NCBI GenBank assembly: GCA_963724765.1
Contig: CAVRVY010000001.1
Span: forward strand, 800,001 to 864,000
DNA length: 64,000 nucleotides
Reading direction: 5' to 3'
DNA from: an uncultured delta proteobacterium
GTDB taxonomy: Bacteria > Desulfobacterota > Binatia > Binatales > Binataceae
Shown: positions 1-16,801 of the stretch, in pieces
How positions within the stretch are numbered: position 1 is the stretch's first letter
Layout of the letters: each line of letters opens with the position of its first letter
Notes under the pieces: model-generated
Told to the model about the DNA's origin: nothing
Databases searched by the model: none
The model's input: only the letters and a program-made list of their open reading frames with translations
Program-made: the position numbers and the translations under genes

Positions 1-2
1 AG

Positions 3-1055
<1,053 letters not shown>

Positions 1056-1078
1056 TGCGGTGCAAGGAGTAATCGGGT

Positions 1079-5340
<4,262 letters not shown>

Positions 5341-5344
<4 letters not shown>

Positions 5345-5369
5345 CAGTTCGCTCAGGATGCTTTAAATA
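5341..5369 (+). promoter_or_regulatory. Putative sigma70 promoter for str operon, overlapping rpoC stop
   Basis: Perfect TTGACA at 5341-5346, AT-rich TTAAAT/TAAATA 16-17 nt downstream in a GC-rich genome. Confidence 0.45.
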
Positions 5370-5379
5370 AGTATGTTCA

Positions 5380-5414
5380 CCCCAAGGGCGAGTCCGCCCT
5401 TGGGGGGTTTATTT
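5380..5414 (+). terminator. Hairpin / possible rpoBC terminator
   Basis: CCCCAAGGGCG-AGTC-CGCCCTTGGGG perfect 11-bp stem followed by GGTTTATTT. Confidence 0.5.
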
Positions 5415-5449
5415 GAAGAGCGGTTTCCCGTCCATCAGGGCGGGTGGAG

Positions 5450-5483
5450 CCGGCTCGGAGAGACGCTCCGGGCCGGGTTTTTT
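5450..5483 (+). terminator. Intrinsic terminator-like hairpin in rpsL leader
   Basis: CCGGCTCGGAG-AGACG-CTCCGGGCCGG (one G-U pair) followed by GTTTTTT. Confidence 0.6.
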
Positions 5484-5551
5484 CGACAGGCTTGTGCGGG
5501 CCGGGGTGGAAAGGGGCGCCACCCGGCAAAGATGCAGTCCCGAGAGACGAC

Positions 5552-5923
5552 GTGCCGACCATCAACCAGCTGATTCGCCAGGCGCGCATCAAGAAGCGCT
5601 ACAAGATGAGTGCGCCGGCCCTGCAAGGCTCGCCGCAGAAACGCGGCGTGTGCACGCAGGTCAAGACCACCACGCCCAAGAAGCCCAACTCGGCACTGCG
5701 CAAGGTCGCGCGGGTGCGGCTATCCAACGGCTACGAGGTCAACACTTATATCCCGGGCGTCGGGCACAACCTGCAGGAGCACTCGGTGGTGCTGATTCGC
5801 GGGGGCCGGGTCAAGGACCTACCCGGCGTACGCTACCATGTCATCCGCGGCACGCTCGATTCGATCGGCGTCCAAGAACGGCGCAAGGGCCGCTCCAAGT
5901 ACGGCTCCAAAAAGCCCAAGTAG
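5552..5923 (+). CDS. rpsL: 30S ribosomal protein S12
   Basis: GTG start giving MPTINQL; [10 protein letters not shown] and [11 protein letters not shown] motifs. Confidence 0.98.
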   Translation: MPTINQLIRQARIKKRYKMSAPALQGSPQKRGVCTQVKTTTPKKPNSALRKVARVRLSNGYEVNTYIPGVGHNLQEHSVVLIRGGRVKDLPGVRYHVIRGTLDSIGVQERRKGRSKYGSKKPK

Positions 5924-5932
5924 CACACAGCC

Positions 5933-6403
5933 ATGTCACGCAAGGGTCAGGCCCGCGTCCGGGAAGTTACCCCGGACCCAAAGTTTCACGACCGCACGCT
6001 CGCCAAGTTTGTCAATGTGGTGATGGTGCAGGGAAAAAAGTCGCTCGCCGAGCAGATTCTCTATCGCGCGCTCGACACTATCGCCGAGCGTTCCAAGGAG
6101 GATGGGCTGGTGGTCTTCAAGCGGGCGCTGGATAATATCCGCCCCGCGGTTGAAGTGCGCTCGCGGCGCGTAGGCGGCGCCAACTACCAGGTGCCGGTCG
6201 AAGTGCGGCCGGTGCGGCGCAACTCGCTCGCGATGCGCTGGCTGGTGACGGCGGCGCGCGCGCGCGGCGAGAAATCGATGGAAGAGCGGCTGGCGGTCGA
6301 GATTCTGGAAGCGGCTGGCAATCGCGGCGGCGCAGTCAAAAAGCGCGAGGACACCCATCGGATGGCCGAGGCCAACAAGGCCTTCGCCCATTATCGCTGG
6401 TAA
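5933..6403 (+). CDS. rpsG: 30S ribosomal protein S7
   Basis: [26 protein letters not shown]. Confidence 0.99.
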   Translation: MSRKGQARVREVTPDPKFHDRTLAKFVNVVMVQGKKSLAEQILYRALDTIAERSKEDGLVVFKRALDNIRPAVEVRSRRVGGANYQVPVEVRPVRRNSLAMRWLVTAARARGEKSMEERLAVEILEAAGNRGGAVKKREDTHRMAEANKAFAHYRW

Positions 6404-6503
6404 GACAAAAAATAATAATCACACCCCAACTTGGGTGATCGAAAGGCAGGATTAAGGAACCCGGTCGGGAAGCGGACGAATCGGAAGCATCGGAAGTAGT
6501 AAA

Positions 6504-8597
6504 ATGGCGCGTGAAACTCCCATAGAAGATGTGCGCAATATCGGTATCATGGCGCATATCGACGCCGGTAAGACCACCACTACCGAGCGAGTGCTGTACT
6601 ACACCGGAATCAATTACAAGATCGGTGAGGTGCACGAAGGCACCGCCACGATGGACTGGATGGTGCAGGAGCAGGAACGCGGCATCACCATCACGTCGGC
6701 TGCGACCACCTGCTTCTGGCGCGACCATCGGGTCAATATCATCGACACGCCCGGACACGTTGACTTCACCATCGAGGTTGAGCGGAGCCTGCGCGTGCTC
6801 GACGGCGCGGTGGCGGTGTTCTGCGCGGTCGGCGGGGTCGAGCCGCAATCCGAGACCGTGTGGCGCCAGGCCGACAAGTATCGCGTTCCGCGCATCGCGT
6901 TCGTCAACAAGATGGACCGGGTGGGCGCCGACTTCGAGCGCGTGGTCGGAGAGATCCGCGACAAGCTCAAGGCCAAGCCGCTGGTACTTCAGCTCCCGAT
7001 CGGCAACGAGGAAAAATTCACCGGCGTGGTCGACCTGGTCGAGAACCGCGCGCTCATCTGGGACGAGGATCGCCTCGGCGCCAACTACCGGGTCGAAGAG
7101 ATTCCGGCGGAGCTCAAGGAAAGCGCGCGCGGCTGGCGCGAGAAGATGATCGAGACGCTCGCCGACCACGACGAGCGCATCATGGAGATGTTCCTGGAAG
7201 GCAAGGACGAGCCGTCGCCGGAACAGATCCGCAAGGCCATCCGCGTCGCCACGCTCAACATCGAGGCGATTCCGGTGCTGATGGGCTCGGCGTTCCGCAA
7301 CAAGGGCGTACAGCCGATGCTCGACGCGGTGGTCGACTATCTGCCCTCGCCGCTGGACGTTCCGCCTATGATGGGCAAGGTCGGCGACAAGATGGAAGAG
7401 CGCTGGCCGCGCGATGATGCGCCATTCAGCGCGCTTGCGTTCAAGATCATGACCGACCCGTATGTCGGCACGCTGACTTTTTTGCGCGTGTACTCGGGAC
7501 GGCTGGAGAGCGGATCGTCGGTGCTCAATTCGACCAAGCAAAAGCGCGAGCGCATCGGACGGCTGGTCAAGATGCACGCCAACAAGCGCGAGGAAATTAC
7601 CGAAGTTTTCGCCGGCGACATCTGCGCGGTGGGACTGCGCGACACCACCACCGGCGACACCTTGTGCGACCCGGCGCATCCGATCGTGCTCGAGTCGATA
7701 GAATTTCCCGATCCGGTCATCCAGATCGCGATCGAGCCCAAGACCAAGGCCGACCAGGACCGCCTGGGCGAGTCGCTGGCCAAGCTCGCGCGCGAGGACC
7801 CGTCGTTCCGCGTGAGCGTCAACCGCGAAACCAGCCAGACGCTGATCGCCGGGATGGGCGAGTTGCACCTGGAGATCATCGTCGACCGCTTGCTGCGCGA
7901 GTTCAAAGTCGACGCCAACGTCGGCAAGCCGCAGGTCGCTTACCGCGAGACCATCCGCAAGCCCGCGGAAGCCGAAGGGCGTTTCGTGCGCCAAAGCGGC
8001 GGCCACGGGCAGTTCGGCGTGGTCGACCTGCGTATCGAGCCGATCGAGAAGGGCGGCGGATTCGAATTCGTCGACGCCACCAAGGGCGGCTCGATCCCGC
8101 GCAACTTCATCCCGTCGGTCGAAGACGGGGTGAAGGAAGCGATGGAGACCGGCGTGCTGGCGGGCTATCCGATGGTCGACGTTCGCGTCATCCTGCTCGA
8201 CGGCAAGTACCACGAGGTCGACTCCTCGGAACTCGCGTTCAAGATTGCGGCCTCGATGGGTTTGCGCGAGGCGGTCGAGAAGGCCAGCCCCGTGCTACTC
8301 GAGCCGGTGATGGAAGTCGAAGTGGTGATGCCGCAGGAATTCATGGGCGAGGTGATCGGCGACCTCAACGGGCGGCGCGGCAAGATTCTCAACATGGAGA
8401 ACCGCGCCGGCGCCCAGGTGGTCGAAGCGCGCGTGCCGCTGGCCACGATGTTCGGTTACGCGACCCGTCTGCGTTCGATGACGCAGGGACGGGCGACTTA
8501 CACGATGCAGTTCGGCGCCTACGAACCGGTGCCGCAGCAGATATACACGGAGTTGATGGAGCGTAGCGGCGAGAATGCCGAGCGCGCTCGGGCCTAA
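6504..8597 (+). CDS. fusA: Elongation factor G
   Basis: [29 protein letters not shown]; str operon position. Confidence 0.99.
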   Translation: MARETPIEDVRNIGIMAHIDAGKTTTTERVLYYTGINYKIGEVHEGTATMDWMVQEQERGITITSAATTCFWRDHRVNIIDTPGHVDFTIEVERSLRVLDGAVAVFCAVGGVEPQSETVWRQADKYRVPRIAFVNKMDRVGADFERVVGEIRDKLKAKPLVLQLPIGNEEKFTGVVDLVENRALIWDEDRLGANYRVEEIPAELKESARGWREKMIETLADHDERIMEMFLEGKDEPSPEQIRKAIRVATLNIEAIPVLMGSAFRNKGVQPMLDAVVDYLPSPLDVPPMMGKVGDKMEERWPRDDAPFSALAFKIMTDPYVGTLTFLRVYSGRLESGSSVLNSTKQKRERIGRLVKMHANKREEITEVFAGDICAVGLRDTTTGDTLCDPAHPIVLESIEFPDPVIQIAIEPKTKADQDRLGESLAKLAREDPSFRVSVNRETSQTLIAGMGELHLEIIVDRLLREFKVDANVGKPQVAYRETIRKPAEAEGRFVRQSGGHGQFGVVDLRIEPIEKGGGFEFVDATKGGSIPRNFIPSVEDGVKEAMETGVLAGYPMVDVRVILLDGKYHEVDSSELAFKIAASMGLREAVEKASPVLLEPVMEVEVVMPQEFMGEVIGDLNGRRGKILNMENRAGAQVVEARVPLATMFGYATRLRSMTQGRATYTMQFGAYEPVPQQIYTELMERSGENAERARA

Positions 8598-8635
8598 CGG
8601 AGTCAGCCAGGGAGGGTCACACCGGAGGACGGATC

Positions 8636-9835
8636 ATGGGCAAGGCTAAATTCGAACGTAACAAGCCGCACGCGAATGTGGGCACGATCGGCCATATCGA
8701 CCACGGCAAGACCACGCTCACCGCGGCGATCACCAAGGTGCTCTCTGCGAAGAAACTTGCCCAGTTCGTCGCCTTCGATCAAATCGACAAGGCGCCCGAG
8801 GAACGCGAGCGCGGCATCACCATCGCGATCGCGCACGTCGAGTACGAGACCGCCAATCGTCACTACGCGCACGTCGATTGTCCGGGCCACGCCGACTACA
8901 TCAAGAATATGATTACCGGCGCCGCCCAGATGGACGGCGCCATCCTGGTGGTCGGAGCCAACGACGGGCCGATGCCGCAGACGCGCGAGCATATCCTGCT
9001 CGCGCGCCAGGTCGGCGTGCCTTCGATCGTGGTCTTCATGAACAAGGTTGACATGGTCGACGACCCCGAATTGCTCGACCTGGTCGAGCTCGAAGTGCGC
9101 GACCTGCTCAAGAAATACGAATTTCCGGGCGACGACGTGCCGGTCATCCGCGGCAGCGCCCTTAAGGCGCTCAACTGCGGCTGCGGCAAGGACGACTGCC
9201 CCAACTGCAAGCCGATCCTCGATCTGATGGCGGCGGTCGACAGCTACATCCCCCAGCCCACGCGCGAGATCGAAAAACCCTTCCTGATGCCGGTCGAGGA
9301 CGTGTTCTCGATCTCCGGCCGCGGTACGGTGGTCACCGGACGCGTCGAGCGCGGCAAGGTCAAGGTTGGCGAGGAAGTGGAAATCGTCGGCTTCCGCGAC
9401 ACCTCCAAGACGGTGGTGACCGGAGTCGAGATGTTCCGCAAGATTCTCGACGAAGGGCAGGCGGGCGACAATATCGGCGTGCTCCTGCGCGGACTCAAGC
9501 GCGAAGATGTCGAGCGTGGACAGGTGCTGGCCCGCCCCGGCAGCATCACGCCGCACACCAACTTCGAGGCCGAGGCTTACATCCTGACCAAGGAAGAGGG
9601 CGGACGGCATACGCCGTTCTTCACCGGCTACCGGCCGCAGTTCTACTTCCGCACCACCGACGTGACGGGAGTGCTCAATCTGCCCGAAGGCACGGAGATG
9701 GTGATGCCCGGCGACAACATCAAGATCACGGGCGAACTGATCACGCCGGTCGCGATGGACGAGGGGCTGCGCTTCGCTATCCGCGAGGGTGGCCGTACGG
9801 TCGGCGCGGGCGTGGTTTCCAAAGTCCTGAAGTAA
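8636..9835 (+). CDS. tuf: Elongation factor Tu
   Basis: [27 protein letters not shown]. Confidence 0.99.
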   Translation: MGKAKFERNKPHANVGTIGHIDHGKTTLTAAITKVLSAKKLAQFVAFDQIDKAPEERERGITIAIAHVEYETANRHYAHVDCPGHADYIKNMITGAAQMDGAILVVGANDGPMPQTREHILLARQVGVPSIVVFMNKVDMVDDPELLDLVELEVRDLLKKYEFPGDDVPVIRGSALKALNCGCGKDDCPNCKPILDLMAAVDSYIPQPTREIEKPFLMPVEDVFSISGRGTVVTGRVERGKVKVGEEVEIVGFRDTSKTVVTGVEMFRKILDEGQAGDNIGVLLRGLKREDVERGQVLARPGSITPHTNFEAEAYILTKEEGGRHTPFFTGYRPQFYFRTTDVTGVLNLPEGTEMVMPGDNIKITGELITPVAMDEGLRFAIREGGRTVGAGVVSKVLK

Positions 9836-9863
9836 AGTCCTGACGTAAGGGCTTGGAAGTAAA
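9822..9863 (+). repeat. Tandem duplication of tuf 3' end (13-bp unit, 2 copies plus 1 degenerate)
   Basis: AAGTCCTGAAGTA / AAGTCCTGACGTA / AGGGCTTGGAAGTA. Confidence 0.7.
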
Positions 9864-9936
9864 CATGATGACGATGAGACGGGGATTGGGATGGGTGCGA
9901 GTGCCGGTAAGGGCGGCTGACGGAAATCTGGTTTAG

Positions 9937-10245
9937 ATGAACGATAAGATCCGCATACGCCTTAAAGCGTACGACTACCGGCTGCTCGACCAGTCGGTGC
10001 GCGAGATCGTGGATACGATCCGGCGTACCGGCGGGCGCGTGGCGGGACCGATCCCGCTGCCCACGCGAATTGAGCGTTTCTGCGTCAACCGCTCACCGCA
10101 CGTCGATAAGAAATCGCGCGAGCACTTCGAAATCCGCACGCACAAGCGGCTGCTGGACGTGCTCGAACCGACCCAGCAAACCATCGACGCGCTCGGCAAG
10201 CTCGACCTTGCCGCGGGAGTCGACGTTGAAATCAAACTCGAGTAG
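9937..10245 (+). CDS. rpsJ: 30S ribosomal protein S10
   Basis: [27 protein letters not shown]. Confidence 0.99.
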   Translation: MNDKIRIRLKAYDYRLLDQSVREIVDTIRRTGGRVAGPIPLPTRIERFCVNRSPHVDKKSREHFEIRTHKRLLDVLEPTQQTIDALGKLDLAAGVDVEIKLE

Positions 10246-10251
10246 CGCGCC

Positions 10252-10917
10252 ATGCTGAGCGGACTCATCGGAAAAAAGCTGGGCATGACCCAGGTGACCG
10301 AGGCCACCGGCACGGTGCGGGCGGCGACGGTTATCCAGCTCGGTCCGTGCGCGGTGACGCAGATCAAAACCGCCGCGACCGACGGCTATGACGCCGTGCA
10401 GATAAGTTTCGGACGGCGGCGGGTCTCGCGTGTGAGCGCGCCGCTGCGCGGCCATTATGCCAAGGCTGAGGTCGCACCGGGGATCAAGCTGGGCGAGTTC
10501 GATCGCCGCGGCGAAAGCGAACTCAAGCCGGGCCAGAATATCGCCGCCGCCGACGTCTTCAAAGCGGGCGACGTGGTCGATGTGTCGGGCACTTCCAAGG
10601 GCCGCGGCTACGCCGGCGTTATCCGGCGCCATCACTTCGCCGGCTTTCCCGGATCGCGCGGCACGCACGAGTATTTTCGCCATGGCGGATCGATCGGTAA
10701 CCGCTCCTACCCGGGCCGCGTGCGCAAGGGGATGCGGATGGCGGGACAGCTAGGCAACGAGAGCGCCACGGTGCTCAATTTGAAGGTGCTCGAGATTTTA
10801 CCCGACGACAACGCGATCCTGGTATCGGGCGCGGTGCCCGGCGCCGACGGCACGATGGTGGTGGTGTATCACTCGGCCAAGGAGCGCGTCCGCCAGGCGG
10901 AGTCGGCCAATGGCTGA
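10252..10917 (+). CDS. rplC: 50S ribosomal protein L3
   Basis: [33 protein letters not shown]. Confidence 0.98.
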   Translation: MLSGLIGKKLGMTQVTEATGTVRAATVIQLGPCAVTQIKTAATDGYDAVQISFGRRRVSRVSAPLRGHYAKAEVAPGIKLGEFDRRGESELKPGQNIAAADVFKAGDVVDVSGTSKGRGYAGVIRRHHFAGFPGSRGTHEYFRHGGSIGNRSYPGRVRKGMRMAGQLGNESATVLNLKVLEILPDDNAILVSGAVPGADGTMVVVYHSAKERVRQAESANG

Positions 10918-11584
10918 GCGCAAGCATCGTGAGGCAGTGAAACCGCCGGAGGCGGTCAAAGTGCCGCTCTTTTCGGCGTCGCGTGAGCGCGTGGGCGAAA
11001 TCGAGGTCGCGGGCGTGGTCTTCGGCCGCACGGGCGACAAATCGCTTTTGTACGAAGCGGTTAAGATGCAGATGGCGAACCGGCGCTCGGGAACCGCCTC
11101 GACCAAGACGCGCGGGTTCATCTCGGGCGGCGGCAAAAAGCCATGGCGGCAAAAAGGCACCGGGCGGGCGCGAGCCGGCTCGATCCGCTCGCCCATCTGG
11201 CGTCATGGCGGGACGATCTTTGGACCCCAGCCGCGCGACTACTCCTACAAGATGCCCAAGCAGGCGTGGCGACGCGCGCTCTGCCTGGCGCTCTCGGACC
11301 GCGCGGCTAACGGCAAGCTGGTGGTGACGCAGTCGCTGGAGTTGTCGGAGCCCAAGACCAAGGCGGCCAAGGCGATGCTCGAGGCGCTGGGCCTAAAGCA
11401 CGCGCTGATCGTGCTCGGCGAGGGCGAAGACAGTTTCTTCCGCGCCGCGCGCAATCTCGCCGCCCACAAGGTGCTGGCCGTGGCGGGACTCAACGTTTAC
11501 GACTTGCTCAACTACGACGAAGTGTTGATGAGCGAGACGGTCGCGCGCGCGATCGAGGCGCGGCTTAAGGGAGAGACGCGATGA
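10910..11584 (+). CDS. rplD: 50S ribosomal protein L4
   Basis: GGGKKPWRQKGTGRARAGS. Confidence 0.98.
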   Translation: MAERKHREAVKPPEAVKVPLFSASRERVGEIEVAGVVFGRTGDKSLLYEAVKMQMANRRSGTASTKTRGFISGGGKKPWRQKGTGRARAGSIRSPIWRHGGTIFGPQPRDYSYKMPKQAWRRALCLALSDRAANGKLVVTQSLELSEPKTKAAKAMLEALGLKHALIVLGEGEDSFFRAARNLAAHKVLAVAGLNVYDLLNYDEVLMSETVARAIEARLKGETR

Positions 11585-11868
11585 CCGGGGAGAATCTGAT
11601 TCTCTCGCCGCTCATCACCGAGAAGGGCACGGCGGTCGGCGAGGAAGGCAACCAGGTCGTGTTCCGGGTGCGGCCGGAGGCGAGCAAGGACGCGATTCGC
11701 GACGTGATCGAGCGCATGTTCAAGGTCACGGTGCTCAAAGTGCGCACGCTCAGGGTGCTCGGCAAAAAGCGCCGCCGCGGACGGATCGTCGGCGCGCGTT
11801 CGGACTGGAAAAAAGCCTACGTGACGCTGAAAGAAGGCGACCGGATCGAATTTTTCGAGGGCCTCTAA
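11581..11868 (+). CDS. rplW: 50S ribosomal protein L23
   Basis: PLITEK, WKKAYVTL; operon position. Confidence 0.97.
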   Translation: MTGENLILSPLITEKGTAVGEEGNQVVFRVRPEASKDAIRDVIERMFKVTVLKVRTLRVLGKKRRRGRIVGARSDWKKAYVTLKEGDRIEFFEGL

Positions 11869-11906
11869 GACGCTTCGGGTGATATTGGCAATCGGGTGAC
11901 TTTGCG

Positions 11907-12737
11907 ATGGCGGTAATTCAACTCAATCCGCGGACCCCGGGTCAGCGCTTCATGCAGCTGGCGGATTTCTCGGGGCTCACCGCTAAGCCGCCCGAGAAGC
12001 GTCTGCTCGCGCCGCTCAAACATTCGGGCGGGCGCAACAACCGCGGCCGCATGACCACGCGCCATCGCGGCGGCGGTCATAAGCGCCGCCTGCGGCTGAT
12101 CGATTTCAAGCGCAACCACGACGGCGTGCCGGCCGTCGTCGCGGCGCTCGAATACGATCCCAACCGCTCGGCCAATATCGCGCTGCTGCATTATGCCGAC
12201 GGCGAGAAGCGCTACATCCTGGCGCCCGAAGGCCTCAAGCAGGGCGACAAGGTCGAATCGGGACCGCAGGCCGATATCAAGCCGGGCAACGCGCTGGCGC
12301 TCAGGAACATCCCGCTCGGCACGATGGTGCATGGGGTGGAACTCAAGCCCGGCGCGGGCGCGCAACTGGTGCGCGGCGCAGGGACGGCCGCCCAGTTGAT
12401 GGCCAAGGAAGGCAAGTTCGCGCTGCTCAAGTTGCCCTCGGGTGAGCAGCGGATGGTGCAGGCTGAGTGTCGCGCGACCATCGGTCAGGTCGGCAACCTG
12501 GACCACGAGAATATTTCGATTGGCAAGGCCGGACGCAGCCGCCATCTGGGCAAACGCCCGCACGTGCGCGGGATGGCGATGAATCCGGTCGACCATCCGC
12601 ACGGCGGCGGCGAGGGACGCTCCAAGGGCAATCATCCGCAATCGCCGTGGGGGCAGCCGGCCAAGGGTTACAAGACGCGCGGCAAGAAGCCCTCGGACCA
12701 TTACATCGTGAGCCGCCGGCCCAAGGGCAAGCGTTAG
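11907..12737 (+). CDS. rplB: 50S ribosomal protein L2
   Basis: [22 protein letters not shown]. Confidence 0.99.
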   Translation: MAVIQLNPRTPGQRFMQLADFSGLTAKPPEKRLLAPLKHSGGRNNRGRMTTRHRGGGHKRRLRLIDFKRNHDGVPAVVAALEYDPNRSANIALLHYADGEKRYILAPEGLKQGDKVESGPQADIKPGNALALRNIPLGTMVHGVELKPGAGAQLVRGAGTAAQLMAKEGKFALLKLPSGEQRMVQAECRATIGQVGNLDHENISIGKAGRSRHLGKRPHVRGMAMNPVDHPHGGGEGRSKGNHPQSPWGQPAKGYKTRGKKPSDHYIVSRRPKGKR

Positions 12738-12760
12738 GCAGAGATTAAGCAGAATTAAAA

Positions 12761-13096
12761 ATGAGGTCGCTCAAAAAAGGTCCGTTCATCGATGGCCATC
12801 TCGAACGCAAGGTCGCGGCCGCGCTCGCTTCGGGCGACAAGCGGATCATCCGGACCTGGTCGCGGCGCTCGATGGTGGTGCCGGACATGGTGGGGCTGAC
12901 GTTCGCGGTGCATAACGGCCACAAGTTCATCCCGGTCTACTGCACCGAAAACATGGTCGGTCACAAGCTGGGAGAGTTTTCGCCCACGCGCACCTTCCAC
13001 GGCCATGCGGGCGACCGCAAGGGCGAGGTCAAGGGATCCGGTGGCGGTGCGCCGGCCGCTCCACCGCCGGCCGCGGCCAAGTCGGCGGGAGGCTGA
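12761..13096 (+). CDS. rpsS: 30S ribosomal protein S19 (Ala/Pro/Gly C-terminal tail)
   Basis: [25 protein letters not shown]. Confidence 0.98.
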   Translation: MRSLKKGPFIDGHLERKVAAALASGDKRIIRTWSRRSMVVPDMVGLTFAVHNGHKFIPVYCTENMVGHKLGEFSPTRTFHGHAGDRKGEVKGSGGGAPAAPPPAAAKSAGG

Positions 13097-13109
13097 GAGA
13101 GGGCTCGCG

Positions 13110-13448
13110 ATGGAATCGGTTGCCAGAACCCGCCACGTACGCATCTCGCCGCAAAAGCTGCGGCTGGTGTGCGAACTTATCGTGGGCAAGAAAATCGACC
13201 TTGCGCTCTCGGTGCTCGAGTTCACGGCCAAGCGCAGCGCCAAGGTGGTATCCAAAACTTTGCTGGCGGCGGTGGCCAACGCGCGCGACCAGCAGAACGT
13301 CGACGAGGATCGGCTCTATGTGAAACGTGCGACCGCCGACACGGGACCGACCTGGAAGCGATCGCTCGCGCGCGCGCACATGCATTCAACGCCGATCCTC
13401 AAGCGCACCAGCCATCTGACGGTGGTGGTCGACGAGCGCGCCTCGTAG
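13110..13448 (+). CDS. rplV: 50S ribosomal protein L22
   Basis: [23 protein letters not shown]; start reassigned to ATG 13110. Confidence 0.97.
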   Translation: MESVARTRHVRISPQKLRLVCELIVGKKIDLALSVLEFTAKRSAKVVSKTLLAAVANARDQQNVDEDRLYVKRATADTGPTWKRSLARAHMHSTPILKRTSHLTVVVDERAS

Positions 13449-13456
13449 GGAGCCCC

Positions 13457-14137
13457 ATGGGACAGAAATCGCATCCGCGCGGGCTGCGGCTCGGCATTAT
13501 CGAGGGTTGGGATTCCAAATGGTATGCGTCGCACAACTACGCGGCGCTGCTGCACGAGGATTTGAAGCTGCGCGACTTCATCAAGCGCCGCCTCTACCAC
13601 GCCGGCATCTCGCGGATCGAGATCGAACGGATGGCCAACAAGGCCAAGATTAATATCCACACGGCGCGTCCCGGAATCGTGATCGGCAAGAAAGGCGCGG
13701 AGATCGACAAGCTCAAGGGCGACATCCAGAGACTGATGAAGGGCAAGGAGGCGTTCATCAATATTCACGAAGTGCGCCGCCCGGACCTTGATCCGCAACT
13801 GGTGGCCGAGAATATCGCGCTCCAACTGGAGCGGCGCGTGGCCTTTCGCCGCGCGATGAAAGAGGCGGTGCTGCGCGCGATGCGGATGGGCGCGCAGGGG
13901 GTCAAAGTCCACGTCGCGGGGCGCCTGGGCGGCGCGGAAATCGCGCGCGTGGAGTGGTATCGCGAAGGACGCGTGCCGCTGCAGACGCTGCGTGCGGACG
14001 TGGCCTACGGATTTGCCGAGGCGCGCACCACCTACGGCCAGATCGGCGTGAAAGTATGGATTTTCCGCGGCGAGGTTCTGACCCGCAAAGAGGAAGACAT
14101 CCGGCGCTCCGGCCTTAGCGGAGCCCATCAGCAGTAA
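13457..14137 (+). CDS. rpsC: 30S ribosomal protein S3
   Basis: [28 protein letters not shown]; start reassigned to ATG 13457 after GGAG. Confidence 0.98.
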   Translation: MGQKSHPRGLRLGIIEGWDSKWYASHNYAALLHEDLKLRDFIKRRLYHAGISRIEIERMANKAKINIHTARPGIVIGKKGAEIDKLKGDIQRLMKGKEAFINIHEVRRPDLDPQLVAENIALQLERRVAFRRAMKEAVLRAMRMGAQGVKVHVAGRLGGAEIARVEWYREGRVPLQTLRADVAYGFAEARTTYGQIGVKVWIFRGEVLTRKEEDIRRSGLSGAHQQ

Positions 14138-14168
14138 CGGAGAGCATGCGCGCTAGCGGAATTGCATA

Positions 14169-14594
14169 ATGCTTCAGCCCAAAAAAGTTAAATATCGCAA
14201 GATCCAGAAGGGCCGGGTGCGCGGCGCGGAGTCGCGTGGCCTGGAACTGGCCTTTGGCGACTACGGGCTGAAAAGCATCGAGACCTGTCGCATCGACACG
14301 CGCGCGCTCGAAGCGGCGCGTATCGCGCTCACCCGCCATATCAAGCGCGGCGGCCGGGTATGGATTCGGGTCTTTCCCGACAAGCCGTTCACCAAGAAGC
14401 CGGCCGAAACCCGGATGGGCAAGGGCAAGGGCGGCCCCGAGGGCTGGACGGCGGTGGTGCGGCCGGGACGGATTTTATTCGAGATGGAAGGGGTCGACCG
14501 GGCAACCGCCCACGAGGCGATGCGTCTGGCGGCGCACAAGCTGCCGGTCAAGACGATCGTGGTCGAGCGGGAGGGCGAGAGCCTTGGAGCTTGA
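14169..14594 (+). CDS. rplP: 50S ribosomal protein L16
   Basis: [18 protein letters not shown]. Confidence 0.99.
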   Translation: MLQPKKVKYRKIQKGRVRGAESRGLELAFGDYGLKSIETCRIDTRALEAARIALTRHIKRGGRVWIRVFPDKPFTKKPAETRMGKGKGGPEGWTAVVRPGRILFEMEGVDRATAHEAMRLAAHKLPVKTIVVEREGESLGA

Positions 14595-14826
14595 CGAATT
14601 CAGACAGATGAACGTCGGTGACTTGCGGCTCAAAGAACGCGAGGCGCGCGAGGAAATTTTCCGCCTCAAGCTCAAGTTGCGCACCAATCAGCTCGACAAT
14701 CCGTCGAACTATCGGCGCGCGCGCAAGGAATTGGCGCGCATTATGACTCTGCTGCGGCAGAAAAGCGGACCGGCGGGCGCGGATACCGCCGCACGGACGA
14801 AGGCGAGCGATGCGGGAGCGAGTTAA
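14584..14826 (+). CDS. rpmC: 50S ribosomal protein L29
   Basis: TTG start after GGAGG; [18 protein letters not shown]; operon position. Confidence 0.93.
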   Translation: MELDEFRQMNVGDLRLKEREAREEIFRLKLKLRTNQLDNPSNYRRARKELARIMTLLRQKSGPAGADTAARTKASDAGAS

Positions 14827-15064
14827 ACAGCGCGTGGGCGTCGTGGTTTCGGCCAAGGCGGCCAAGACCGTGGTGGTGCGGGTGGACCGGCTGGTCCAGC
14901 ATCCGCTCTACGGCAAACGGATCCGCCAGCGCACGCGTTTCATGGCGCACGACGAACGCGGCGAGTGCCACGAGGGCGACCGCGTGCTGATTATCGAATC
15001 GCCGCCGATTTCACGACGCAAGCGCTGGCGCGTCAGCAAAGTGCTGACGCCGGCTGCCGGCTAA
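14810..15064 (+). CDS. rpsQ: 30S ribosomal protein S17
   Basis: GVVVS.K..KTVVV, HPLYGK, AHDE, PISRRKRW. Confidence 0.97.
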   Translation: MRERVKQRVGVVVSAKAAKTVVVRVDRLVQHPLYGKRIRQRTRFMAHDERGECHEGDRVLIIESPPISRRKRWRVSKVLTPAAG

Positions 15065-15079
15065 GGGAGCGCAGGCGTC

Positions 15080-15448
15080 ATGGTGCAGATGCGAACGGTG
15101 CTGGACGTGGCCGACAATTCGGGCGCGCGCAAGGTGATGTGCATCAAGGTGCTCGGCGGCTCGCGCCGGCGTTACGCCACCGTGGGTGACGTTATCGTGG
15201 TGGCGATTCGCGAGGCGATCCCGAATGCCAAGGTCAAAAAGGGCGATGTCGCCCGTGCGGTGATTGTGCGCACCAGCAAGGAAATCAGCCGCAACGACGG
15301 CAGTTACATCCGTTTCGATGACAACTCGGCGGTGCTGGTGGACAATCAGCACGAACCGATCGGCACCCGCATCTTCGGCCCGGTCGCTCGCGAACTGCGC
15401 GCCAAGCGCTTTCTCAAGATTATCTCGCTGGCTCCGGAGGTGCTGTGA
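15080..15448 (+). CDS. rplN: 50S ribosomal protein L14
   Basis: [26 protein letters not shown]. Confidence 0.99.
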   Translation: MVQMRTVLDVADNSGARKVMCIKVLGGSRRRYATVGDVIVVAIREAIPNAKVKKGDVARAVIVRTSKEISRNDGSYIRFDDNSAVLVDNQHEPIGTRIFGPVARELRAKRFLKIISLAPEVL

Positions 15449-15795
15449 TGGCTTCGGAACGCAGCGCGGCCAAGTATCCGGTCAAGAAGAACGACATGGT
15501 GATGGTGATCACCGGGCGCGAACGCGGCAAGACCGGCAAGGTGCTCAAAGTGATCCCCGCTTCCGGCCGCGTGATTATCGAGCGGCTCAATATCGTGAAG
15601 CGCCATTCCAAGCCGCGCGGCGCGGCGAGTCCCGGCGGTATCGTCGAGAAGGAGGCGCCAATCGCGATCTCCAACGTGATGGTGTTCTGCGATCGTTGCA
15701 ACGCGCCGGTGCGCGTGGGGGTAAAGAAAGCCGAAGCCGGCGGCGAGCGCTCGCGCGTATGCCGCCGCTGCGGCGAAGCGCTGGGTAACGAGTGA
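15448..15795 (+). CDS. rplX: 50S ribosomal protein L24
   Basis: KOW motif [23 protein letters not shown], two CxxC. Confidence 0.97.
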   Translation: MASERSAAKYPVKKNDMVMVITGRERGKTGKVLKVIPASGRVIIERLNIVKRHSKPRGAASPGGIVEKEAPIAISNVMVFCDRCNAPVRVGVKKAEAGGERSRVCRRCGEALGNE

Positions 15796-16511
15796 TGGCG
15801 GACGAAAAGGACAAATCGCAGAAGCCCAAAAAAGAGCCGAAGGCCGAGCGCCAAGGTAAAAAGGGCGCCGGCGGCGCAGCGCCCGCGGCGGCCGAGACCA
15901 AGGCCGAGGCCAAGCCGCGCGAGCCCGAGGTCAAGGTGCCGGCGCGCCTGAAGTTGCGCTACGAGCAGGAGATTCGGCCGACCCTGATGCGCGAGCTCAA
16001 GATCGAAAACCCGATGCGTGCGCCGCGGCTGGATAAGATCGTGATCAATATGTCGCTCAGCGAGGCGCGCGACAACGCCAAAATTCTCGACGCCGCGGTC
16101 GAGGAGCTCAAAGTTGTTACGGGCCAGAAGCCGGTCATAACGAAGGCGCGCAAAGCGATCTCGAATTTCAAGCTGCGCGAGGGCATGCCGATTGGCGCGA
16201 TGGTGACGCTCAGGCGCGAGCGGATGTACGAGTTCTTCGACCGGCTGGTGAACGTGTCGCTGGCCCGCGTGCGCGATTTTCGCGGAGTCAGCGACAAGGC
16301 TTTCGACGGGCGCGGCAACTACTCGCTGGGCCTGCGCGAGCATACGATTTTTCCCGAGCTCAACCTGGACAAGGTCGAGCGCGTCAAGGGGCTGACGGTG
16401 ACGATCAACACGACCGCGCGCAGCGATTTCGAGGGCTACACCCTGTTGCGTGCGCTGGGGATGCCGTTTCGCGGGGCGCTCGAGCGTGAAGCCGCGGCGC
16501 GGGCGGCGTAG
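15795..16511 (+). CDS. rplE: 50S ribosomal protein L5 (long N-terminal extension)
   Basis: [32 protein letters not shown]. Confidence 0.98.
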   Translation: MADEKDKSQKPKKEPKAERQGKKGAGGAAPAAAETKAEAKPREPEVKVPARLKLRYEQEIRPTLMRELKIENPMRAPRLDKIVINMSLSEARDNAKILDAAVEELKVVTGQKPVITKARKAISNFKLREGMPIGAMVTLRRERMYEFFDRLVNVSLARVRDFRGVSDKAFDGRGNYSLGLREHTIFPELNLDKVERVKGLTVTINTTARSDFEGYTLLRALGMPFRGALEREAAARAA

Positions 16512-16522
16512 GGTAAGCAGAG

Positions 16523-16708
16523 ATGGCGAAGACCTGTCTTCGGGTAAAAGCGCTGCGCACGCCCAAGTTCAAGACGCGCCAGCACAACCGCTGTCCGCTG
16601 TGCGGACGCTCGCGCGCGTTCTATCGGCGCTTCAAGATGTGCCGGCTCTGCCTGCGCAAGAACGCACTTCGCGGCGCGCTGCCCGGCGTGGTCAAGGCGA
16701 GTTGGTAG
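16523..16708 (+). CDS. rpsN: 30S ribosomal protein S14, short Zn-binding (type Z) form
   Basis: 61 aa, CPLC...[13 protein letters not shown]. Confidence 0.97.
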   Translation: MAKTCLRVKALRTPKFKTRQHNRCPLCGRSRAFYRRFKMCRLCLRKNALRGALPGVVKASW

Positions 16709-16801
16709 GGACGGCCGGTTGAGCCATCGCTTCGAGAATCGATGGGCAACAGGGAATCGACGAGCAGAAGGATCGACGGATAAAAGGATCAAAGAGACTT
16801 A

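Noticed and set aside
5444-5551. N-terminal extensions given by the ORF track for rpsL (likewise rplV, rpsC, rplF, rpsE, rpsD, Lon-like, GT-C paralogs 2 and 3)
   Set aside because: Longest-ORF artefacts; conserved N-termini and SD sites indicate downstream starts
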